From the NCBI GenBank assembly GCA_963756005.1, contig CAVWMC010000001.1:198872-262871 (forward strand): a stretch of 64,000 bases of DNA. The letters run 5' to 3'. The notes under the pieces are model-generated. The model saw only the letters and a list, made by a program, of their open reading frames with translations, did no database searches and was not told where the DNA came from. The DNA is from an uncultured delta proteobacterium (GTDB taxonomy: Bacteria; Desulfobacterota; Binatia; Binatales; Binataceae). The first letter of the stretch is position 1, and every line of letters starts with the position of its first letter. Below are positions 1-13,791 of the stretch, one piece after another. The position numbers and the translations under genes are program-made.

Positions 1-1
1 G

Positions 2-601
2 CTGTACGACTATTTGATATCGGGCAACGGCTACAAAGTTCGGCTTCTGCTGACGCAGCTTGCGATTCCGTTCAAGCGAATCGAGCTCAACATCACGAAG
101 GGCGAAACGCGTACGCCGGAGTTTCTGCGCAAATTTCCCAACGGCAGAATCCCCGCCGTCGAACTGGACGATGGCAAACTGCTGTTCGAGTCGAACGCGA
201 TCATCACGTACTTCGCCGAAGGCACGCCGCTGATGCCGGCCGATCGTTTCCAACGCGCGCAGGTTCTTCAGTGGCTCTTTTTCGAGCAGTACAGCCACGA
301 ACCGTACATCGCGAGCGTACGCTACCTGGTGATGCATCCGGAGGTCGCGGACCCTCGCCGCCCTATCGTGGACACGATGATGCGTCCGCGCGGATATGAC
401 GCGCTCGGCGTGATGGAAGGGCAACTGAAGTCGCGCGAATGGTTCGTTGGCGAGCGCTACTCGATCGCCGACATCGCGCTTTACGCCTACACGCACGTCG
501 CCGGCGAAGGCGGCTTCTCTTTGACCGGTTATCCCGCGATTCGCGCGTGGCTCGAACGTGTGAAGTCGCAGCCCCGGTACATTCCGATCACGCAGAGTTG
601 A
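2..601 (+). CDS. Glutathione S-transferase family protein (5' end truncated by window edge)
   Basis: Frame open from position 2 (LYDYLISGNGYKVRLLL); GST N-domain motifs PNGRIP and ESNAI; C-domain YSIADIALY. Confidence 0.9.
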   Translation: MYDYLISGNGYKVRLLLTQLAIPFKRIELNITKGETRTPEFLRKFPNGRIPAVELDDGKLLFESNAIITYFAEGTPLMPADRFQRAQVLQWLFFEQYSHEPYIASVRYLVMHPEVADPRRPIVDTMMRPRGYDALGVMEGQLKSREWFVGERYSIADIALYAYTHVAGEGGFSLTGYPAIRAWLERVKSQPRYIPITQS

Positions 602-603
602 GT

Positions 604-1203
604 TCATCGGCGCAGGCCCATCGCGTCGAGCTTGCGAATCACCCACTCGATTCGATCCTCGCCCCAGAACGGTTCGCCGTCCACGATAAAGGTCGGCACG
701 CCGAAAATCTTGTCGCGATCGGCCTCGGCGAAGCATGCAGCCAGGTCGGCGCGCGCGTCGGTGTCGGCATAGCGAAGAAATTCGGCGGGATCGAGACCGA
801 CTTCAGCAACGATCGCTGAGATTGCGTCGCGGCTCTCGACATCGAGTTCCTGTTTCCAGAATCGGTCGAACACGCGATCGGAGTAGGGCCGGAATTTTTG
901 ATTCTTCGCGGCGTAGAGGCCGCCGTAGAACGCGAGGCGCGCGCTGAAAATCTTTTTCGGGGGATAAATGACGAGTCCGCGCTCCTTCGAGATTCGCCGC
1001 GCGTCGATATACAGGTACCGAACTTTGCGCCGGTCGGCGTCCTCGCGATCGAGCGGGCCGTAAACCTTCCTGATGTTCACGCCATAGGGAATGAAGCGGA
1101 CGCGCACGTTGTGGGATTGTTCGAGTTCGCGGGCCGGCTGCATCGCGAGATACGAGTAGGGACTCGTGTAGGCGAAGTACAACTTGATTTCGTGAATCGT
1201 CAC
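604..1203 (-). CDS. 2-hydroxychromene-2-carboxylate isomerase / DsbA-like (GST kappa family) protein
   Basis: YFAYTSPYSYL and FGVPTFIVDGEPFWGEDR motifs; GTG start at 1203 overlaps the glcF TGA (GTGA), shorter than the ORF track. Confidence 0.85.
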   Translation of the reverse strand: MTIHEIKLYFAYTSPYSYLAMQPARELEQSHNVRVRFIPYGVNIRKVYGPLDREDADRRKVRYLYIDARRISKERGLVIYPPKKIFSARLAFYGGLYAAKNQKFRPYSDRVFDRFWKQELDVESRDAISAIVAEVGLDPAEFLRYADTDARADLAACFAEADRDKIFGVPTFIVDGEPFWGEDRIEWVIRKLDAMGLRR

Positions 1204-2477
1204 TGCGACGCTATCGCGAGAAAGTCGGCGAGGTGGACGACCTTGATTTTCGATTGGCGGCGGCGAAGTTCCGCGGCGATTTGAAACTCGCATCCGGGAT
1301 TCGCGAGCACGACGTAGTCAGCGCCGGTCGCAACGATATTGTCGGCTTTGCGGCGCGCCAGCTCGCGCGCCATCGCGGGCTCGGTCAAATTGTAAGAGCC
1401 GGCCGAACCGCAGCAGAGATCAGATTCCGTCATCTCGACCATCGTCACGCCCGGAATTGACGCGAGCAATTTGCGCGGCGCCTCGCGCACGCCGAGCCCA
1501 TGTGCGAGGTGACAGGCGTCGTGATAGGTGACGATAGATCGGAATTCGCGCTTCGGCTTCAACGGCGCGTCGAGCAGGATGGAACTGAGGTCACGGACTC
1601 TCGCGGAAACCGCGCGCGCATCCGCCGCGAATTCAGGATCGTCTTTGAGCAAGTCGCCGTATTCGGCGATTGCCACCGAACATCCCGACGCGGCCGAGAC
1701 GATCGCATCGGCGCCGGAGTTCTTCAGCGCGCGAACGTTGGCGCGGGCGAAATCGAGGGCTCGAGATGCGTTGCCTGAATGCAGATCGAGTGCCCCGCAG
1801 CATGAGGTCGGTTCGAGCCGAACGACTCGATAGCCGGCGGCGGCGAGCAGACGCTCACTGTTCAGATTTTCCGAACTCGCGAGCACTTGCGCGACGCATC
1901 CGTGATGCACGACGACCGTCGGTGCGTTCGCTTGCGGCGAATTGGTTGCTCCATTTGCGAGTGGGCGCGATCCGGATTCAAGCGGTGGAAGAAGATCCAG
2001 CCAATCGCGAATCGTGTGCGGCATGACGGCTCTGAGAGCGGGTCTCAGGCCAAGGCGATCGACCAGCTTCAACGGCGCGAGCAGCGTCTGGAGACGATTT
2101 GGATATGGGAAAATTGCGCTCAGCGCGCGCCGTTTGATTCGATCGGCAAGCCCTCGACGATGATTGCGCTCGACGAATGAACGCGCACCTTCAATCAGGC
2201 GGCCGTAGTGGACGCCGGACGGGCAGGCCGTCTCGCATCCGCGGCAGCCGAGGCACAAATCGAGATGGCGCGCGGCGTCGTCGTCGAGCTCGATGCGTCC
2301 TTCGGCGAGCGATTTCATCAGGTAGATCCGGCCGCGCGGCGAGTCCATTTCGCTGCGCGTCACCACGTAAGTTGGACACGCTTCGGCGCAGAGTCCGCAA
2401 TGAACGCAATCGAACAGCAGCTCGTAGTCGCAGACGTCGCGAACCGGTTTCGATGGCGAGAGCGCGGACGCGGCCAT
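1200..2477 (-). CDS. glcF: Glycolate oxidase iron-sulfur subunit
   Basis: CVHCGLCAEACPTY and CLGCRGCETACPSG 4Fe-4S motifs plus two CCG domains (CCGA, CCGSAG); follows glcD/glcE. Confidence 0.93.
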   Translation of the reverse strand: MAASALSPSKPVRDVCDYELLFDCVHCGLCAEACPTYVVTRSEMDSPRGRIYLMKSLAEGRIELDDDAARHLDLCLGCRGCETACPSGVHYGRLIEGARSFVERNHRRGLADRIKRRALSAIFPYPNRLQTLLAPLKLVDRLGLRPALRAVMPHTIRDWLDLLPPLESGSRPLANGATNSPQANAPTVVVHHGCVAQVLASSENLNSERLLAAAGYRVVRLEPTSCCGALDLHSGNASRALDFARANVRALKNSGADAIVSAASGCSVAIAEYGDLLKDDPEFAADARAVSARVRDLSSILLDAPLKPKREFRSIVTYHDACHLAHGLGVREAPRKLLASIPGVTMVEMTESDLCCGSAGSYNLTEPAMARELARRKADNIVATGADYVVLANPGCEFQIAAELRRRQSKIKVVHLADFLAIASQ

Positions 2478-3743
2478 TCAGATTCCCCCGACGAAGCATC
2501 CGGGGTTGAAGATCCCGGCAGGATCGAAGGCCGCCTTGAGCCGGCGCATAAGCGCGAGCGCGCCGACGTTGGGAGTGTCGAAGAATTCGAGTGAATCGCG
2601 AACAGCGGGCGCGGCGGCGAGCAAGCGAAGATTGCCGCGCGCCGAGTGGGCGGCCTCGCGCCATCGTGCAACCGTTTGGCTCGCGGTTTCGGCGGATGAT
2701 TCGCCGACGAGGAACATCTGCGCGACGCCGGAACCCGCGTGCGCGCGAAATTCAGCACCGCAGGCTTCCACCGCGCGCGCGAGATTCGCGGGTGGCACCG
2801 CCATTTGCGCGGACAGCCCGGCCGAATGAAAATCGAGATCGCGCAACTGTTCGTATCTGCGCATGGCCGCGTCGCGGTCGAGGATTTCGCCGCGCGCACC
2901 GAGCAGATCGCGAATCCGCTCAGCCTGGTAGCCAATTTCGAGCGCACTTCCGGAAAAACCGGCTAGAAGCAGAAATCGTTCGGTAAAATCGAAACGCATT
3001 GCGAGAGCCGGACTTAGTATATCGAGATTACTCAGTGGCAACGCATCATTGACTATGTGCGCGGCGGCGAACGCATCCGCCGCGCGCGCATAGGGTATGA
3101 GCGCGAGGCAGTATTCCGGTGGAATCGGACGCACTTTGAATGTCGCCTCAGTTACTATTCCCAGCGTGCCGAACGAGCCGCCCATCACTTTCATCAAATC
3201 ATAGCCCGCGACGTTTTTGACCACGCGGCCGCCGCCGTGAACAAGGTTGCCGCCGTGGCCGACGAAGCGAACGCCAATCAGCAGGTCGCGCGAAGTACCC
3301 TCTGAGAGGCGCAGCGGGCCGCAGTGCGACGCACCAATCAACGAGCCGAGAGTCGTTATCGCGGGGTCGCATGGATCGAGCGGAAGCCGCTGGCCTGAAG
3401 GCGCCATCGCTTCGTTCAGCGCGCCGACAGTGATTCCCGACTCCGCGACAACTGTCATGTCGTCGGGTTCGTAGGCGATTATCCGGGCCCGTCGCGCCAT
3501 CGAGATACCAAGTGCGACCGGCGACCGCCGGATCCCCGCGAGCGAGCGCGACGCGCCGATGGGTGCCAGCGCAATTCGATCGGCTTCGCACAGGCGGACG
3601 ATTTCACAGATTTCTTCGACCGACGCGGGCTCGACGATCGCATCGGCGGCGCGCGCCTCGCGACTGGTTGGCGTGCGAACATGGCCGGCGCCGACGATCG
3701 ACTCGAGACGGTTCGCAAGATTTGAAGGTGGAGTGGCAGCCAC
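2478..3743 (-). CDS. glcE: Glycolate oxidase FAD-binding subunit GlcE
   Basis: GGRVVKNVAGYDLMK and GSFGTLG motifs, C-terminal FDPAGIFNPG; lies between glcD and glcF. Confidence 0.9.
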   Translation of the reverse strand: MAATPPSNLANRLESIVGAGHVRTPTSREARAADAIVEPASVEEICEIVRLCEADRIALAPIGASRSLAGIRRSPVALGISMARRARIIAYEPDDMTVVAESGITVGALNEAMAPSGQRLPLDPCDPAITTLGSLIGASHCGPLRLSEGTSRDLLIGVRFVGHGGNLVHGGGRVVKNVAGYDLMKVMGGSFGTLGIVTEATFKVRPIPPEYCLALIPYARAADAFAAAHIVNDALPLSNLDILSPALAMRFDFTERFLLLAGFSGSALEIGYQAERIRDLLGARGEILDRDAAMRRYEQLRDLDFHSAGLSAQMAVPPANLARAVEACGAEFRAHAGSGVAQMFLVGESSAETASQTVARWREAAHSARGNLRLLAAAPAVRDSLEFFDTPNVGALALMRRLKAAFDPAGIFNPGCFVGGI

Positions 3744-3749
3744 GATCTT

Positions 3750-5183
3750 TTAAATCGGTACCTGGCGCCGCGGGGTGGCGACCTCGACGCATGCGCCGGG
3801 CTGCGGGATGACTTTGCCGGGATTCGATCGCTCGAATGGATCGAACACGTGACGCAATTCCGTCATGACGCGAAGATCGTCGGGCGAGAACATCAGCGGC
3901 ATTTCGCCGATTTTCTCGACGCCGATTCCGTGTTCGCCGGTCAGGCTGCCGCCCATCTCGATGCAGGCTTTGAGGATCTCGCGGCCCGCGTCGATCGCGC
4001 GGCGGACCTGGCCGGGCTCGCGCTCGTCGTAGAGAACGATCGGATGTAAATTGCCGTCGCCGGCGTGGAACACGTTGCCGATGCGCAAGTCGTAGCGGCG
4101 GCTGACGTCGGCGATCACGCGCAGAATCCGTGGCAGGCAGGTTCGCGGCACCACGCCGTCCTGAGTCGCGTAGTTCGGTGCGAGCCTCCCGACGGCCCCG
4201 AAAGCCCGTTTGCGCGCTTTCCACAACAGCGCGCGTTCCGCTTCGTCGCGCGCGAGCCTTACGCTCGACGCGCCGGCCGCGCTCACCGTCTTCGTCACCT
4301 CATCTGCATAGGCTGTCAGTCCCGCCTCGAGACCTTCGAGCTCGATGATCAGCACTGCCCCCGCATCGAGCGGCAGCCCCACATGAAACGCGGCTTCGAC
4401 CGCGCGAATGATGAGCTGGTCCATCATTTCAAGCGCGGCCGGCACAATTCCCGACGCGATTATCATCGACACGGCGTGCGTCGCGGTGTCGGCGTCGGGA
4501 AAAGTGGCGAGCAGCGTGCGATGGTTCTCTGGCTCGCGCATCAACTTGAGCGTTGCGCGCGTGACGATTCCGGTGGTGCCCTCAGCACCGACCACGGCGC
4601 CGACCAAATCGTAGCCGCATCGTTCTTCGGTCGAGTCGCCGAGCTCGACGACCTCGCCGTCAGGCAACACCAGCTCGAGTGCGAGCACGTGATTGGTGGT
4701 CACGCCGTATTTCAAGGTATGCGGACCGCCGGAGTTCTCGGCAATGTTGCCGCCGATCGTGCACGCCACCTGCGACGACGGGTCGGGCGCGTAGAAATAT
4801 CCGTTCGACTTGACGGCGTTGGTGACGTGCAGATTGACGACGCCGCTCTCGGCGACGACGCGCCGATTGTCGAGATCGATTTCGACGATCCGATTCATTT
4901 TCGACGTGCAGATCATCGCCGGCGCGTTCAAGGGAAGGCATCCGCCGGAAAGACCGGTGCCGGCGCCGCGCGGAACGAAGGCAACGCCGCCGCGATCGAG
5001 CGCGGTCAACACGGCGCTCAACTGCGCGGTCGTACGCGGCAGCATCAGCACGTCGGGGACGCTCTTCTCGACGGTCCATCCGTCGCACTCGTAAACTTTC
5101 AACTCGGTCGCGCGCGAGACGATCCCGTCGGCCCCGAGAATTTCGCGCAGCTGTTCGAGCAGTTTGCGATCGATGGCGTTCAT
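3750..5183 (-). CDS. glcD: Glycolate oxidase subunit GlcD (FAD-linked oxidase)
   Basis: PRGAGTGLSGG, APDPSSQ, ENSGGPHTLKYG, HAGDGNLHP and GEHGIGVEK motifs. Confidence 0.93.
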   Translation of the reverse strand: MNAIDRKLLEQLREILGADGIVSRATELKVYECDGWTVEKSVPDVLMLPRTTAQLSAVLTALDRGGVAFVPRGAGTGLSGGCLPLNAPAMICTSKMNRIVEIDLDNRRVVAESGVVNLHVTNAVKSNGYFYAPDPSSQVACTIGGNIAENSGGPHTLKYGVTTNHVLALELVLPDGEVVELGDSTEERCGYDLVGAVVGAEGTTGIVTRATLKLMREPENHRTLLATFPDADTATHAVSMIIASGIVPAALEMMDQLIIRAVEAAFHVGLPLDAGAVLIIELEGLEAGLTAYADEVTKTVSAAGASSVRLARDEAERALLWKARKRAFGAVGRLAPNYATQDGVVPRTCLPRILRVIADVSRRYDLRIGNVFHAGDGNLHPIVLYDEREPGQVRRAIDAGREILKACIEMGGSLTGEHGIGVEKIGEMPLMFSPDDLRVMTELRHVFDPFERSNPGKVIPQPGACVEVATPRRQVPI

Positions 5184-5317
5184 TAGTATTGCGACGGCGC
5201 GTTCAACCTCCGCAGCACTCTACCACGGCGGAATGCTTTTGCGTTTGATCCTTGGCCGTCATAATAGCAAGGTTCGATTTCAGCAACTGCGGCGATCGAT
5301 TGGAAGGAGAAACAAAG

Positions 5318-6539
5318 GTGGCGGAATCATTTCCAGAATTGAGGCCGGCGGCGCGGATACTGCTCGGCCCGGGACCGTCCAACGTCAATCCGCGCGTGAT
5401 GAAGGCGATGGCGTCGCCAGTCGTCGGGCATCTCGATCCCGATTTCCTCAAGGTGATGGAGAATATCAAGCAGCTCCTGCGCCTCGTGTTCCGCACGAAA
5501 AACGAGATCACGTTTCCGGTCTCCGGCACCGGTTCGGCTGGGATGGAAACCGTGATCGCGAATCTCGTCGAAGACGGCGACGAGGTCGTGGTCGGCGTCA
5601 ACGGCGCGTTCGGCGCGCGGCTGGCGGAGGTTGCGTCGCGACAAGGCGCGAAAGTTCACAAGGTCGAGGCGGAATGGGGAACGATCGTCGAGCCTGGCCA
5701 AAGTAGCGGCGGCGTTGAAGGCGGCGAAAAATCCCAAACTGGTCGCAGTCGTCCACGCCGAAACTTCGACCGGGATACATCAGCCGATCGAGGAGATCGC
5801 CGAGCTGGCGCATCGGCACGGCGCGATGATCGCGATCGACGCGGTGACGTCGCTCGCGTGTGTGCCGGTCGAAATTGACAAGTGGAACATCGACGCCTGC
5901 TACAGCTGCACGCAGAAGGGTCTCGGCGCGCCGCCGGGCCTGTCGCCGGTGACGTTCAGCGAGCGCGCGATGGAGTCGGTGCGCAAACGCAAGACGAAGT
6001 GCCGCTCATGGTACTTCGACGTCGCCCTGATCGAACAGTACTGGGGCCCCGACCGGCTGTACCATCACACGGCGCCGATCACGATGAACTATGCGCTCTA
6101 CGAGGCGCTGCGGATCGTCGTCGAGGAAGGGCTCGAAGCACGATGGCGTCGGCATCGCGTCAACGCGGCCGCGTTCCAGGCTGGAGTGCGCGCGATGGGT
6201 CTGCAGCTCGCGGCGCAGGAAGGATACCGGCTGCCGCAACTCACGACGATCGCGGTTCCGGCGAACATCGACGACGTGAAAGTTCGAGCGGAACTGCTGC
6301 GGCTATTCAATATCGAAATCGCGGCGGGTCTGGGACCGCTCAAGGGCAAAATCTGGCGCATCGGTCTGATGGGCGAAGGTTCGCGGCGCGAAAACGTGAT
6401 GCTCGCGCTCAACGCGCTCGAAGAAATTCTCGGTTCGATGGGATTCGAGATCGCGCGAGGCCGTGCGCTGACCGCCGCCGACAATTCTTACAGTGCGGAG
6501 GGAACCGGCGCGGGCGAGCCACCGGCGGAAGCGTCATGA
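5318..6539 (+). pseudogene. Alanine/serine-glyoxylate aminotransferase (class V PLP) interrupted by a +1 frameshift near 5696 (pseudogene or sequencing error)
   Basis: N-half LLGPGPSNV...GTGSAGME in one frame; VHAETSTG and SCTQKGLGAPPGL in another. Removing one G at 5696 joins EWGTIVEP to AKVAAALK. GTG start 5318 follows SD GGAAGGAG. Confidence 0.88.
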
Positions 6540-7144
6540 AGATGTACGACTTCACGCTCGCGCCAAGCCCGCGGCGAGTGCGGATCTTCCTCGCGGAGAA
6601 GGGAATCAGCGTCGAGCTGGTGCAAGTCGATATCATGCGCAACGCCAATCGCACACCGGAGTTCTACCGGAAGAACCCGCTCGGCTCATTGCCGATTCTC
6701 GAGCTCGACGACGGCAGTTGTCTCTCGGAAAGCGTCGCGATCTGCCGCTACTTCGAGGAAATTCAGCCGGAGCCGCGGCTGTTCGGCGTCGGCGCGCGCG
6801 AGCAGGCGATCGTCGAGATGTGGAATCGGAGAATCGAGCTCGAAATCTTCGCGCCGGTGGGACAAGTATGGTCGCATCTGAGCAAAGTCGCGGAAGGACG
6901 TGGGCGTCGAATTCCGGCGTTCGGCGAAATTCAAAAGCACGCGGCGCTCGATCGCATCGCATGGCTCGATTCGGAGCTCAAGAGTCGAGAATTCATCGCG
7001 GGTGACAGGTACTCGATCGCCGATATCACGACGTTGTGCATGATCGACTTCGCGCGCACCGTGGATATCCGGATTCAGCCGGATCAGGCGAACCTGACGC
7101 GATGGTATGCCAACGTATCCTCGCGGCCGAGCGCGAACGCGTAG
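6536..7144 (+). CDS. Glutathione S-transferase family protein
   Basis: MKMYDFTLAPSPRRVRIFLAEKG, NPLGSLP, ESVAICRY and YSIADIT motifs; ATGA overlap with the upstream aminotransferase. Confidence 0.92.
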   Translation: MKMYDFTLAPSPRRVRIFLAEKGISVELVQVDIMRNANRTPEFYRKNPLGSLPILELDDGSCLSESVAICRYFEEIQPEPRLFGVGAREQAIVEMWNRRIELEIFAPVGQVWSHLSKVAEGRGRRIPAFGEIQKHAALDRIAWLDSELKSREFIAGDRYSIADITTLCMIDFARTVDIRIQPDQANLTRWYANVSSRPSANA

Positions 7145-7177
7145 TCACTGACTATTCGCAAATAGTCACTCGATTAG

Positions 7178-9724
<2,547 letters not shown>

Positions 9725-9763
9725 TTAATCCGGGCTCCCCCGAGTTACATACAGAAATTCGGA

Positions 9764-10003
9764 CTAGTCGCATTGTTGCCCCAGCGCCGCCCACTCCTGG
9801 ATTTTCCGCAGCAGCTTGTCGCGATGAAATTCGCGGCGGTGAGGCAGCAGATCGTATGCGAAGGAATCCTCAGGATGCGCGATGCCGGCGAGGTCGAGCG
9901 CGATGCCCAGGTTCTGCTCCGCGTCGCGCGCGTCGCGCTCACAAACGGCGCAGTTGGTCGCCATGATCCGAATTTCTTCGTGCAACGACTCCCTCGATGA
10001 CAT
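9764..10003 (-). CDS. Small hypothetical protein (79 aa, CxxC) between gyrB and gyrA
   Basis: MSSRESLHEEIRIMATNCAVCERD...LGQQCD; GC-rich third codon positions like the neighbours; co-oriented and fills the gyrB-gyrA gap. Confidence 0.6.
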   Translation of the reverse strand: MSSRESLHEEIRIMATNCAVCERDARDAEQNLGIALDLAGIAHPEDSFAYDLLPHRREFHRDKLLRKIQEWAALGQQCD

Positions 10004-10047
10004 GCGATGCGTTTGGCCCGCCGCCGGGGCATCCAAAGTTGCCGTCG

Positions 10048-12591
<2,544 letters not shown>

Positions 12592-12781
12592 TCAAACGAT
12601 ATTTGAATTCTCTGCCTGTTGACAGAAAAGAAGCGGATCAGCGGGCATTTTCTGTCGTCTCTACCCGACGATCAGCGAGCCTTTAATTAAAAGCTCACCG
12701 TACGCCTAACAGAACATCATTCTGCGAGATTCGATGCCCACAGGTCCGTGCTGAAAACGGTTCGGAATCTCACCTGTTTTT

Positions 12782-13471
12782 TCACTCGCAGGCGCGCTCG
12801 ATTCCGTCGAAAAATTGCCACCACATTTCGAGCGATCGCTCGACCGCGGCCCATACTTTCGCGCGCTCGACTTCGCTCATCGGCGTATGACTTAGAATGT
12901 TGTCGCCGACGTCGCTGTGATCGCGATCAGCGATTTCATGCACGTCGAAAAATGCGACCTGCTCCCGCGAAAGTCCGTAGTTCTTTTCGAGCGCGCGCGC
13001 GAACGGCGCGAAGTTGCCCGGCACCTGGCCCTCCGCCGCCAGATTGATTGCGCCGATTCCCTCGGCGAACGAGCGGTCCTTGGTCGAAAGCTCGAACCAA
13101 TCGATCAGCGCCGCCGTCGAGGGCAGCGCCTTGCCGTGAATCATATCGTCGCGGCTGAGCCCCAGTCCGAGTCCAAGCCGGATGAACAATTCCGGATGCG
13201 GCGCGCTGCCGGAAATCTTGCCGGTCTCCTCCTCGTACAGGCTCTCGGCGAGCTTGACCCGCTCGTCGGCGTTGACGCATCGCGAATGCAGCGCGCTCAG
13301 CGCCCGCGGAAACTCGCGCACCTGCAAAAAGAACTGCGTCGCGAAGGCGCACATTCCGGTCTGCGAAACTTTGCCCTCGGCAATTCGATGCCAAATCGGA
13401 TGACGCCCGAAAGAGCGCCGCTCTTTGACCATCGCGAAGATCTCGCGCACGAATCCGTCATTCGCAGCCAT
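12782..13471 (-). CDS. TenA/PqqC/CADD-like heme-oxygenase-like diiron protein
   Basis: CADD-like motifs FPRALSALHSRC, EEETG...H, AAEGQ, and HxxxDxxH (VHEIADRDH). Confidence 0.8.
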   Translation of the reverse strand: MAANDGFVREIFAMVKERRSFGRHPIWHRIAEGKVSQTGMCAFATQFFLQVREFPRALSALHSRCVNADERVKLAESLYEEETGKISGSAPHPELFIRLGLGLGLSRDDMIHGKALPSTAALIDWFELSTKDRSFAEGIGAINLAAEGQVPGNFAPFARALEKNYGLSREQVAFFDVHEIADRDHSDVGDNILSHTPMSEVERAKVWAAVERSLEMWWQFFDGIERACE

Positions 13472-13536
13472 GGCTAAACCTCATACCCGCGAATGTACGA
13501 AAGCGCGCCCGCAATGTGAAGCGAATCGAATCGAAT

Positions 13537-13788
13537 GCGGGGCTACGCGCCCCGCGCCCGCGGCAGGGGTGACCCCTGCACCCACTGTTCGGTAAGGGAA
13601 TATGCGGGCTGACGCCCGGTTAGGAAGCTTTGGGCGTGAGGACGCGAAGCGACCTCGTGCCCGTAGTCGCGCACAAAGCTCGACGTTCCTGCCATAAAAC
13701 TTCTAACAGGGACGGAGTCCCGCATCTTCTCTCTTATCACTGGGTGCAGGGGTCACCCCTGCCGAGGGTGCGGGGCGAGCAGCCCCGC
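13537..13788. repeat. REP-like/REPIN-like element: 48-bp inverted arms (44/48 identical) around a ~150-nt self-complementary core
   Basis: Arms 13537-13584 and 13741-13788 are reverse complements; each holds two small hairpins (GCGGGGC..GCCCCGC and GCAGGGG-TGA-CCCCTGC). Confidence 0.85.
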
Positions 13789-13791
13789 GTC

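Noticed and set aside
9745-10032. Alternative 95-aa ORF in the gyrB-gyrA gap
   Set aside because: Arg-rich low-complexity translation; the overlapping 9764-10003 frame has much better codon bias
13543-13740. 65-aa minus-strand ORF across the repeat element as a protein gene
   Set aside because: Runs through a palindromic arm with no protein signature; kept only as a note in the element finding
13585-13740. Firm assignment as 6S RNA, retron msr-msd or OMEGA RNA
   Set aside because: The bulge is one-sided, no conserved 6S motif could be confirmed by eye, and there is no reverse transcriptase, IscB or TnpB in the window; needs a covariance-model search
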